From the NCBI GenBank assembly GCA_963730675.1, contig CAVSSY010000012.1:99008-163007 (forward strand): a stretch of 64,000 bases of DNA, read 5' to 3'. The notes below the pieces were generated by a model. The model was not told the origin of the DNA. It did no database searches and was given only the letters and a program-made list of their open reading frames with translations. Shown in pieces: positions 37,296 to 46,153 of this stretch (the stretch's first letter is position 1; the number at the start of each line of letters is the position of its first letter). Source of the stretch: an uncultured delta proteobacterium (GTDB taxonomy: Bacteria; Desulfobacterota; Desulfobacteria; Desulfobacterales; UBA5852). Both the position numbers and the translations under genes were made by a program.

Positions 37296-39725
37296 TTATT
37301 CGCATCTCTGCAAGGTCCGTTCAATGACCTCGTTCTGCACGCCCACATGCAGCTGGGTGAAGAACGCGCTGAAACCGGCGACACGAACCACGAGATCGCG
37401 GTAGTTTTCCGGGTGTTTCTGTGCGTCCCTGAGCATCTCCGTATCCAGCACATTGAACTGAATGTGATAGCCACCGTTTTCGAACAAGGTCCTGACCAGA
37501 CTCAGCATGCTGTCCCGGCCCTTGCGCGTTTTCAACTGATCCGGCGGGAGCTTCATATTCATGTGCGTGGCGCACCACTTGACGGGATCATTACCTTTCG
37601 TTGCAGACATTATCAGCGCCGTAGCTCCGTTGACATCGGTTCCCCGCGTGGCGGACAGGCTGCCATCGGTAAGCGCCACTCCGGCCTTCTTGCCAGTGGG
37701 CAATGCGCCAGTCACCAGGCCCATCAGGTTGTGGACACTCTTGGTGTACTGGTCCAGCGATACCTTCATGTCCTTGGTAATGTAGCAACCGCCGCCATCC
37801 ACGTTGTTGAAAGCCGCCAAAACACTGTCATTCACCCTGCGAACCAAAAAGTCCACTTCATCAATGTCGTTGCCATATTTGGGCGCTTCCTCGTAGCACA
37901 TCTTGTGGACCTTCTCGTATTCACCTTCGAAATTGGCCGCCAGGGCTTTCTTGAGTTCCGCCATGGTCAGCTTCTTCTTGTCGAATACGAGATCCTTCAC
38001 GGCCATCAGTCCGTTCCCGGCATCCACACCACCTACCGAGATCTGGGCGACCGTGTAGTAGTTAGCGCCACCTTTCCAGGTTTCGGTGCCTGTTTCAATG
38101 CACCCCTTGGTCAGAATGGATCGCCAGGTACACGGCAGGAAATCTGCATTCAGCATGCTCGCAATCCAGGCCCCCCGGCGGAGGACATCTTCAGCGAATT
38201 GAAGCTGCCCTTCAAAAGCCGCATACAGTTCTTCGAAGTCCTTGAAGGTCTCCGGATCTCCTGTCTTGGGACCGACCTGCGTTTGGGTGCGCGGATCAAA
38301 GCCGTTGTTCAGGGTCAGTTCGAGCACTTTTCCCAGGTTGGGCTGTCCCTCAACCGGGTGGCCGGTTTCGTAGGGGATGTAGCTTCCCACGCAGGCACCG
38401 ACACAGGTGCGTCTGGCTTTTTCCAGCGGCAGAGCGCCCATCCTCTCGTTATGGCCCCAGAGATACAGGGCCCGCTTCATCATCACGTCGGCATTGACAA
38501 ACTGGGGCATGCCGACACCCGTAGCGATACAATCGAGGACTTTTTCAAGGAACCTGCCCGGCGTCTTCGAGGTGAGCGCACATGACAGCGGTGGCTGGGG
38601 GAAAGACAGGTAGGTACATGCATCGAGGATCACATAGTCCATCTCCGCAGTGGCGTCTTCGCCATCCTCGGTATAGCCCGCGAGGGTAATGCTCTGTCCC
38701 AGGTCGGCGGAGTTCTGCAGGGCGACCTTCTCGCCATAGTAGTAGTTGATCTCATTCAGCCTGACAATGAGGTTCTGGAACATAAAGACGGCGTCGTCAT
38801 AGTCGATCAGCCCGGCCGCCTTGTCAGCCTGCAAGTAGGGATCGAAGTTCTGCCCCAGGTAGGCCTCGGAGTAGCCGCAGCCGACCTGTTCAAGCTCTGC
38901 CGCCAGGTGACAGAAGAAATGGCACTGCATGGCCTCCCGCAGGTTGCGCGCAGGATGCTCGGGCACGTGTTCGCAAGTCTCGGCAATGGCAATCAGCTCC
39001 GCCTTGCGGCCTTTGTCCTTCTCTTTTGCTGCCATCTCGCGAGCCAACTCGGCATAACGGTTGGCCCAGCGGATCACCGCTCGCATCACAATGAGACTGG
39101 CCTGGTAAAAGTAGAGTTTGTCTGTGTTCTCCAAACGCATTTCCAGGGACATCATCCGCTCTTTGACGTCCTTGATCGCACTGGCGAGGCCCTGCTGGTA
39201 AACCATCGGGTAGTTGAGGTTGCCGCCGCCACCCGGCCAGTCATGGAACGGGACAACGAGACCGGATTGGTAGGACGGGGTCGGATCGAAACCATAGCGC
39301 TGTTGGAATATCGCTTCCGTCCGGCTCTTCAGCCCACGCTTGTCCCAGTAATCGAGCGCCCATGCATTGGCTTCTTTGTCTGCCTTGGTTTTCGAATTCT
39401 CAACGGTTTTCTCTTCCTTCATCCACAGGACGTTCCACTCGGGATTGGGATAGATCGCCTTGTAGCTGCCTGCCATGGCACCCACGAAGAGGTTGTCATC
39501 GATGAACAGCTTCTTACGTTCCAGCAGAGCCGCCAGGAACTTGGCCCGCCGGAGGATCTGTACGTCACCCACCGTCTCTTCATATACCTCTTTCATGATC
39601 CTGATCCGCTCGAAATCGAGCTCCTGAGGTGTACTTCTCTGCCGTTCTTTCAGGCGATCGATCCGTGCGGTATCGGCCTTGACTTGTGCAGTTGAAATCT
39701 TCTTTGTTTCTTTCTTCTCTGCCAT
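37296..39725 (-). CDS. glycyl radical enzyme (PFL2/glycerol-dehydratase-like superfamily), specificity unknown
   Basis: 809 aa. Glycyl motif VVRVAGFSAFF (G784; codons 37371-37385). Cys loop RTCVGACVGSY (C445; 38382-38405). ILTKGCIETGTETWKGGANYY block. Activase 2 genes downstream. Confidence 0.9.
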   Translation of the reverse strand: MAEKKETKKISTAQVKADTARIDRLKERQRSTPQELDFERIRIMKEVYEETVGDVQILRRAKFLAALLERKKLFIDDNLFVGAMAGSYKAIYPNPEWNVLWMKEEKTVENSKTKADKEANAWALDYWDKRGLKSRTEAIFQQRYGFDPTPSYQSGLVVPFHDWPGGGGNLNYPMVYQQGLASAIKDVKERMMSLEMRLENTDKLYFYQASLIVMRAVIRWANRYAELAREMAAKEKDKGRKAELIAIAETCEHVPEHPARNLREAMQCHFFCHLAAELEQVGCGYSEAYLGQNFDPYLQADKAAGLIDYDDAVFMFQNLIVRLNEINYYYGEKVALQNSADLGQSITLAGYTEDGEDATAEMDYVILDACTYLSFPQPPLSCALTSKTPGRFLEKVLDCIATGVGMPQFVNADVMMKRALYLWGHNERMGALPLEKARRTCVGACVGSYIPYETGHPVEGQPNLGKVLELTLNNGFDPRTQTQVGPKTGDPETFKDFEELYAAFEGQLQFAEDVLRRGAWIASMLNADFLPCTWRSILTKGCIETGTETWKGGANYYTVAQISVGGVDAGNGLMAVKDLVFDKKKLTMAELKKALAANFEGEYEKVHKMCYEEAPKYGNDIDEVDFLVRRVNDSVLAAFNNVDGGGCYITKDMKVSLDQYTKSVHNLMGLVTGALPTGKKAGVALTDGSLSATRGTDVNGATALIMSATKGNDPVKWCATHMNMKLPPDQLKTRKGRDSMLSLVRTLFENGGYHIQFNVLDTEMLRDAQKHPENYRDLVVRVAGFSAFFTQLHVGVQNEVIERTLQRCE

Positions 39726-39813
39726 TTTTTTTCTCCTTTTGTTTTTTGTTTAAAGAATTAAAAGTCAGCCGGTTATGGCACGGTTTTTAAAGCCCAGACC
39801 CGGGTTAATATTT

Positions 39814-39827
39814 TCCGTGCGCACGGA
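39814..39827. promoter_or_regulatory. perfect 14-bp palindrome TCCGTGCGCACGGA, 89 nt upstream of the GRE start codon
   Basis: The sequence equals its own reverse complement and sits in AT-rich flanks within the 159-nt intergenic region. Confidence 0.4.
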
Positions 39828-39884
39828 TTAATCCTTATTTTTAAATTTTCTTCTCAGGGCGGTCACTGCGACGGGAACTTCCCA

Positions 39885-41732
39885 TTAGACACCATACAAT
39901 ACTGAAAGCATCCCGACCTGGATAATCAAATACAAAAGGGTCATTCCACTCCCCGCCTTGATAAAGTCGATGGTTTTATACCCGCCGGGACGCATAAAAA
40001 GTGCATTGACCTGATGGGTAGGCAGGATAAACGTATTGGAAGCGGCTATCCCTACAGTCAACGCCATTATTTTCGGATCGGCGCCGATCTGCATCGCCAT
40101 ATTCATGGCGAGGGGCACCATGAGCACTGTTGCACCAACATTGGAAGCGACAAGAGCAAACATGGAAGTAAGCAAAGCAACGACGACCATTAAAATTAGC
40201 GGGGTTAGGTCTCCCAAACTCCCCAGGAGGTTCAGAGCGATATAGCTGGCCGCCCCTGTTTTTTCAAAAGCTGCGCCAAGGGGAATCAGGCCGGCCAGCA
40301 GAAAGATGGTCATCCAATCCACTGACTTGTAGGCCTCATCGATGTGGAGAACCCCGGAGAGGATCATTCCCAGCGCGCCGGTGAGAAGCGCAATAGATAG
40401 TTTAACCTTGAAGCCCAGAGCAAGAACAAGGGCTACCGCTAAAAAGAAAAGAGCAAACCCCACTTTTTCAGGAATGGTTGACTCGCCACGCAACTCCTCT
40501 GTAAACAGTATATTCACATTTTTCTTGAGAATATGAAATTTCTCCCAAGGTGCTGCGAGTAAAAGTGCATCGCCAATTTTCAGCTCGGTCCTGTTGATAT
40601 CTTCCAGCAGGATTTCATCTCCTCGATAGATTGCCAAAGGGTTCACCTGGTACTTCTCTCGGAAATCAAGCGCATCCATTGTATGGCCGGTTAACTCAGA
40701 ATGTGGAGGGACAATCGCTTCTACCACTCCGGCATTTGCCGGAGAAAACTCCTCTGCAAAGACTTTCATTCCTTCTCGAATTGTCCAGTCAAGGTCTTTC
40801 GCTAATTGATTAGCCTGAGCATGGGTGGAAACAATTGCCATAACATCACCTGGGCCGATTTCTGATTCTCTTGTCGGAGCGAGATTTTTGCTTCCGCTCC
40901 CTGTTTTAGAAATCCCTACAACTGTGGAAAAGTATTTTTGTCGTATTTCAAGCTGCCCAAGAGTAACGATTAGAAATCCTTTAGGAACTGTCAGTTCAAA
41001 GCTGCGATCTACCTTATCTTTATAAATTGATTTGAGATGGGCGCTGGCAACCCCCACTTCTTCAGAGCGTTCGGCCTTTGGTAGAATAAAACGGCCAAGC
41101 AGAACAAAATAGATGAGTGCGCCGGCAAGCAGGGCGACCCCAACCGGCGTTACCGTAAACAAGTTGAATGGTTCGAATTGTTGACCACCAAGACTCCCGG
41201 CGTTATTCTGCCACCAGGATCCCATCAGGTCATTCAGCATAATGAGAGGGCTGGAACCGATAAGGGTGAGGCAACCGCCTATTATCGCACAGAAACCCAT
41301 CGGCATCAGGATCTGTGAAACCGGGACTTTCAGTTGCTGGCTGATCCGCTTTGTGGGTGGAAGAAAAAGAGCAGCAGCTCCAATATTTTGCATGAAGCTT
41401 GAGATAAAAGAGACCGTGGCGGAAATGACCACCATAATGCGGGATTCGGTGGTTCCGGCAACCTTGACAATCTGTCTGGCCAGAATATTCATTATGCCGG
41501 TACGATTGAGACCGGCTCCGATAATCATGACGGCAATGATTGAAACCACAGCATTGGAACTGAGTCCCATGATCGCTTCCGCTCCGGTAAGCACGCCGGT
41601 CAGCGGTAAGAGAACCATCATGAGCATCCCCACAAGATCCACTCGCAGCCATTCAAATATAAAAAGAAGAATCGCCATACCGAGTAGGGCGAAAACAATG
41701 ATAATTTCACTGGTTAGGACAGGTTCAACCAT
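39885..41732 (-). CDS. SLC13/DASS-family anion permease with two central TrkA-C (RCK-C) domains
   Basis: Polytopic halves flank two TrkA-C-like segments (..LEIRQKYFSTVVGISK..GDVMAIVS.. and ..LDFREKYQVNPLAIYRGDE..GDALLLAAP..). Start set at MVEPVLTSE. Confidence 0.8.
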   Translation of the reverse strand: MVEPVLTSEIIIVFALLGMAILLFIFEWLRVDLVGMLMMVLLPLTGVLTGAEAIMGLSSNAVVSIIAVMIIGAGLNRTGIMNILARQIVKVAGTTESRIMVVISATVSFISSFMQNIGAAALFLPPTKRISQQLKVPVSQILMPMGFCAIIGGCLTLIGSSPLIMLNDLMGSWWQNNAGSLGGQQFEPFNLFTVTPVGVALLAGALIYFVLLGRFILPKAERSEEVGVASAHLKSIYKDKVDRSFELTVPKGFLIVTLGQLEIRQKYFSTVVGISKTGSGSKNLAPTRESEIGPGDVMAIVSTHAQANQLAKDLDWTIREGMKVFAEEFSPANAGVVEAIVPPHSELTGHTMDALDFREKYQVNPLAIYRGDEILLEDINRTELKIGDALLLAAPWEKFHILKKNVNILFTEELRGESTIPEKVGFALFFLAVALVLALGFKVKLSIALLTGALGMILSGVLHIDEAYKSVDWMTIFLLAGLIPLGAAFEKTGAASYIALNLLGSLGDLTPLILMVVVALLTSMFALVASNVGATVLMVPLAMNMAMQIGADPKIMALTVGIAASNTFILPTHQVNALFMRPGGYKTIDFIKAGSGMTLLYLIIQVGMLSVLYGV

Positions 41733-41914
41733 GGTTCGACCCCTTAGTGGTCTTGTCAGCACTTGAAGCGAAGACCTTCGCCATAAAGAACCAGACGATC
41801 ACCGGCACGGGAACCGCCGCAAAATCGTCACCAGCAATTTCGGGTCGAGGTTCGGAAAGGCGGTGATCGCCACGGCGTAGAACATGGCCACGATACCGAA
41901 GGCGTCCTGAATGT

Positions 41915-42811
41915 TCATGCCGTATCGCCCGTATCGATCTTGCCAGCCTGTTTGGCAAATATTCTGGCGCCAATGGCTGCGAGGACAATTGACCACAAAG
42001 TCCACATGATGGTCATCGTCACGATAAGCGGATCCGCGTTCGGAATGGCAAGCGCCGCCGCCAATACCGCGGCGACGTTCCGTGTGCCCATCCCCAACGC
42101 CATGACGCTGCGCTGATTCTGTTTCAGACCAAAACCGAAGCGATAGGTGATCAGACCCATCCCGACCATGAACAGGGTCATTGAAAGGAGGGCAAATTCG
42201 CCCGCCGTGTTGAGCATCCCCCGACCGTAGATCACAAGACACAAAACGATCAACGTCAATGTGGTCAACATGGCGATCAACTTGACTACCGGGAAAATCC
42301 TGTTTGCCGCACTGTCGGCATAATGCCGAATGGCGGCTCCGATTATCAGTGGCAGGAGGATTGTCAGGAGGAGCGGCTTTGCGAGAGCCCAAGTGCTGAT
42401 CGTGAGGCCCTGGATCAACAAGGGCGCCATCAATGGCATCAACACCACCGTGCCGATCGCCACCAGCGGTATGAAAGCTCCTGCGAAGCCAATGTCTCCG
42501 CGGGATTTTCCCACCATCTGTTGGAGGAATGGCGCGCATGGCGCCAGGCTGGCGAGGAGCACCACGATGACGTAAGGTTCGGCCAGGGGAAGGACCCGGG
42601 TGATCAGGTAGCCGATCGCTGGCCCCACCACCCAGCCCCACACGAAGATCAGGGCCAGGGCTTTCTTGTTCCGCAACGCCGTGACCACCTCGGGCATCCT
42701 CACCTGGAGACCCATGGCCGCCAGGTTAAACACGGTAAAGATTAATACCAATGGAGAGAATATTATCTGAAGAAATTGCATGATAGTGCTCATAGCTCGT
42801 TTCCCTGCCAC
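41915..42811 (-). CDS. bile acid:Na+ symporter (BASS/SBF) family transporter
   Basis: 298 aa, about 9-10 TM helices. The pattern (LASLAPCAPF, MALGMGTRNVAAVLAAAL) recalls the SBF-like family. Confidence 0.65.
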   Translation of the reverse strand: MAGKRAMSTIMQFLQIIFSPLVLIFTVFNLAAMGLQVRMPEVVTALRNKKALALIFVWGWVVGPAIGYLITRVLPLAEPYVIVVLLASLAPCAPFLQQMVGKSRGDIGFAGAFIPLVAIGTVVLMPLMAPLLIQGLTISTWALAKPLLLTILLPLIIGAAIRHYADSAANRIFPVVKLIAMLTTLTLIVLCLVIYGRGMLNTAGEFALLSMTLFMVGMGLITYRFGFGLKQNQRSVMALGMGTRNVAAVLAAALAIPNADPLIVTMTIMWTLWSIVLAAIGARIFAKQAGKIDTGDTA

Positions 42812-42854
42812 TTCAGCCCGTATTGCTTTTGTGGTTGTTCACATCGGAAGCTTT

Positions 42855-44561
42855 TTAATAGATTAATTCACCCAGAGAATACATGGCCCGCGACAGCATG
42901 CCGCCGGAGATATTTTTTACTTTGAATCCGTTCTGCAAAAGGATGCGCGTGGCGTAGTAGGCGCGCTGGGCCGAACGGCAGTTGATATGGATCTCGCGGT
43001 CCCGGGGCAGCTCGTCCAGGCGGGCGCGGAGTTCCGGCAGCGGGATATTGACCGCGCCCGGAACGCTCTCCACGACCAGTTCCGCCGGCTGGCGCACGTC
43101 CAGGATGAAGGCGCCGGCCAGCGTGTCCCAGTGACTGACCGGCATGTCGCCCCGCAGAACGTTGGCGGCGATCATCCCGGCGAAGTTGACCGCATCCTTG
43201 GCGCTGCCGAACTGGGGCGCGTAGCAAAGTTCCGCTTCTTCCAGGTCGTAGATGGTGGCCCCCATCTGGATGGCCACGGCCAGGGCGCTGATCCGTTTGT
43301 CCACCGCCGGACCGTCCTGGCCCAGCGCCTGCGCGCCGAGGACTTTTCCGTTGGATTTCCGGAAAAGGACCTTCAAGCCGAGCATCTTGGCGCCCGGATA
43401 GTATCCGGCATGTGAATTCGGGAAGAGATAGATCTTCTCGTAGTCCTGGTCGCCGAGCTGCTTGAGGGTTTTCTCGCTGACCCCGGTCCAGGCGGCAGCG
43501 CCGCCAAACAGACCGATGATGGCGGTGCCCTGGCTGCCCCGGTAGCGGGAATCCCGCCCGCAAATCACGTCGGCGGCAATCCGGCCCTGGCGGTTGGCCG
43601 GCCCGGCCAGCGCAATCAGGCTCCACTGACTGGTTCCGAAGTCCTTGACTTCAACGGCATCGCCCACGGCCAAGATGTCCGGATCGCTGGTGCACATGTG
43701 CGCGTCCACGCGAATACCGCCGCGGTCGCCGATCGTGAGCCCGGCCGTCTTGGCCAGGGCCGTGTCCGGCCGCACACCGATGGCCAGAATCACGATGTCC
43801 GCCGGATACGTTTTCCCGGAACTCGTCTGGACCTCGATCGCGCCGCCGTCCAACGGCTTGAATCCGACCACGCCGTCGTTGGCCGCAACCCGCACGCCAT
43901 GACGGATGATATGGCCCTGGACGAGGACCGCGATCTCCGGGTCCAGCGGGGTCAGGACATGATCGGGCTTCTGGATGAGGGTCACCTCAAACCCGAGGTG
44001 GATCAGGTTCTCCGCCGTCTCGAGGCCGATGAACCCGCCGCCCACCACGACTGCGCGCCGCACGGGTTTCACCATCTGAATACCGGAGTAGTTGGACATT
44101 CCCGCCAGAAACGTGGTGCCGCCTCCGATCCACTCCCGTATCGTGCGCGCGTCCGGAACGGTACGCACATGAAAGATCCCCGGCAGATCGATGCCGGGCA
44201 GCTGTGGATGGACCGACGCCGCGCCGGGCGACAGCACCAGCTTGTCGTAGGATTCGGTCGTGATCTCGCCGGTCGTTACATCACGAAGGTCCACGGTCTT
44301 TTTTTTCGCAGAAATGGAAACCGCCTCGCAGTTGGTCCGCACATCGATCCCGAACATCACGCGAAACATCTGTTCCGACGCCACCAGAAGGCTCGCTTCT
44401 TTTTCAATCACGCCCCCGACATGGTAGGGCAGCCCGCAATTGGCATACGAAACGTACGGTCCGCGCTCCACTATGAGAATTTCCGCTTTTTCATCCAACC
44501 GGCGCAATCGCGCCGCGCACGAAGCGCCGCCGGCCACGCCGCCAACGATGATGACTTTCAT
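42855..44561 (-). CDS. CoA-disulfide reductase-family flavoprotein fused to a C-terminal rhodanese domain (persulfide/polysulfide reductase-like)
   Basis: MKVIIVGGVAGGASCAARL (FAD motif), redox Cys in VSYANCGLPYHVGG, and rhodanese loop INCRSAQRA near the C-terminus. 568 aa. Confidence 0.85.
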   Translation of the reverse strand: MKVIIVGGVAGGASCAARLRRLDEKAEILIVERGPYVSYANCGLPYHVGGVIEKEASLLVASEQMFRVMFGIDVRTNCEAVSISAKKKTVDLRDVTTGEITTESYDKLVLSPGAASVHPQLPGIDLPGIFHVRTVPDARTIREWIGGGTTFLAGMSNYSGIQMVKPVRRAVVVGGGFIGLETAENLIHLGFEVTLIQKPDHVLTPLDPEIAVLVQGHIIRHGVRVAANDGVVGFKPLDGGAIEVQTSSGKTYPADIVILAIGVRPDTALAKTAGLTIGDRGGIRVDAHMCTSDPDILAVGDAVEVKDFGTSQWSLIALAGPANRQGRIAADVICGRDSRYRGSQGTAIIGLFGGAAAWTGVSEKTLKQLGDQDYEKIYLFPNSHAGYYPGAKMLGLKVLFRKSNGKVLGAQALGQDGPAVDKRISALAVAIQMGATIYDLEEAELCYAPQFGSAKDAVNFAGMIAANVLRGDMPVSHWDTLAGAFILDVRQPAELVVESVPGAVNIPLPELRARLDELPRDREIHINCRSAQRAYYATRILLQNGFKVKNISGGMLSRAMYSLGELIY

Positions 44562-44643
44562 TTGGTTTGTCCCCTATCTTTGCCCAGCGGTTGTTTTCCC
44601 TGCTCCGGGCTGGTTCCGGTGCATCTTCATTTGATCAAGTTCA

Positions 44644-45321
44644 TTATTTCTTAATGCCACGCGCCTGATCCAAATAGAGCTTGACCCGTTCGGCCCAAAA
44701 TTTGAAAGCGTCCTCCGCCGATCCCCACTTCGAGAACCGATCGGTGAAGCCGGCCGTTTTATCATCCTGGGCCACCGCGAGCACCTCGTTGGTCAGGGAG
44801 TCGAGGGCCATCATATCCCCGCTGGTGGCTCCCGAACCTGTCCAAGAATCCGTGGCGCCTTTCTTGATGATGCTGATGGCCAGTCCAACAGGGACCACCG
44901 TGGTGATGCCGCTTAAGACCGGGCTGCTCTGCTTGAGATCGGTGATGGCAAAACGAATCCGGAGGACGTCGGGCCCGGGCTCGGCCACAATGGGATAGGA
45001 CCCCTTGAGGGTCTCGACGAACTGCTTGTCGAAACCGTCGGCCAGTTCTTTCAATGCGTTGGGCTCGATGCCCTTGTATTGGGAATCGTCAGCAAAGAAG
45101 AAGACCACGCTGTCCAGCATGACCTTGTCGTACTTGGCCCAATCCACGCCCGGCTTGAGCCAGCGCATTTTGGCCCCATCTTTGGGCCCCGGTTCCAGCT
45201 TGGCGGCATACGCTCCGAGAAAACCTTGCGGGGCCGTTCCCATATCGGTTATAGCGCCATTGCCGGTGGCGCATCCCACGACCAACAACAAGCCGACGAT
45301 CAACAACATACTTTTTTTCAT
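44644..45321 (-). CDS. DUF3313-like lipoprotein
   Basis: Lipobox LLVVGC, 225 aa. Family call from general resemblance only. Confidence 0.5.
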   Translation of the reverse strand: MKKSMLLIVGLLLVVGCATGNGAITDMGTAPQGFLGAYAAKLEPGPKDGAKMRWLKPGVDWAKYDKVMLDSVVFFFADDSQYKGIEPNALKELADGFDKQFVETLKGSYPIVAEPGPDVLRIRFAITDLKQSSPVLSGITTVVPVGLAISIIKKGATDSWTGSGATSGDMMALDSLTNEVLAVAQDDKTAGFTDRFSKWGSAEDAFKFWAERVKLYLDQARGIKK

Positions 45322-45322
45322 T

Positions 45323-45784
45323 TTACTTGCGCTCCTTTGTTATGGGTTGTTCCTGTTTCACCGCTTGCCCAGCAGGTTTGCGGCGCTCCTCGGTGCCGCG
45401 ACGGATCAAGGCGACCATGGTGCAGTCGCTGAAGGGTTTGCGCAGAAAACCGATCGCCCCTGCTTTCAACGCCCGTTCTTCCACGCCTTCCGTCTCGTGT
45501 CCGGTAATGAAGATAATAGGGATGTCGGACCCGGCCTGGTTCATGCGTGCCTGCACTTCCAGACCGGTCATTCCGGGCATCTGGATATCGAGCACCACAC
45601 AATCCGCGGCAGGCAAGTCAAGCGCTGCGGATAAAAACGCCTCCCCGGAGGAGAAGGTGCGCACCTGCATCCCCCAGGAGCGCAGCAAACGCTTTAATGC
45701 CAGAACCACGGAGGGGTCGTCATCGACGACATGGATGAGCGGCGAACCGCCCGCAAGAGAACCTTCTTTTGGCTTTGCTTTCAT
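45323..45784 (-). CDS. single-domain response regulator (CheY-like receiver)
   Basis: VVDDDPSV...VLDIQMPGMTGLEV...IIFITGH...KAGAIGFLRKPF. Confidence 0.85.
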   Translation of the reverse strand: MKAKPKEGSLAGGSPLIHVVDDDPSVVLALKRLLRSWGMQVRTFSSGEAFLSAALDLPAADCVVLDIQMPGMTGLEVQARMNQAGSDIPIIFITGHETEGVEERALKAGAIGFLRKPFSDCTMVALIRRGTEERRKPAGQAVKQEQPITKERK

Positions 45785-45920
45785 ACCGGTGACCTCGGAG
45801 GGCGCGGCACGGTGCCTTTCGCCGCGGCATGGATGGTGGATGAACCGAAATCGATCGTTTCTGAATGGAAAATGCTTAGCGGCACATGACGCTGTTTAGG
45901 CCTTTAGTCGGTATCGCTGC

Positions 45921-45945
45921 TTTTGAAAATAGGACCTTGGTCCTA
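45921..45945. repeat. intergenic repeat, copy c (TTTTGAAAATAGGACCTTGGTCCTA)
   Basis: Core identical to copies a and b. Confidence 0.7.
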
Positions 45946-46153
45946 CAACGCGGCCAAGAGGGCATCAAACGAGGGGGAAAGGTGGGTCCTTCAGGAGGGA
46001 GGAAAGCTTAACAGGCCGTGGATAAACAAGAATAAGGTTGAAAGGCAAGGCGTAGCCCGAAGCGAAAAGCGCAGCAACCACAGGGGTTGTGAGCAGTTTC
46101 GCGAGGGCTGCAACGCCGCATTTCGGTCTTAGGCGCCGTTTATCCACGGCCTG

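Noticed and set aside
37209-38585. 458-aa plus-strand ORF
   Set aside because: It is antisense to the glycyl radical enzyme gene, whose product has unambiguous family motifs.
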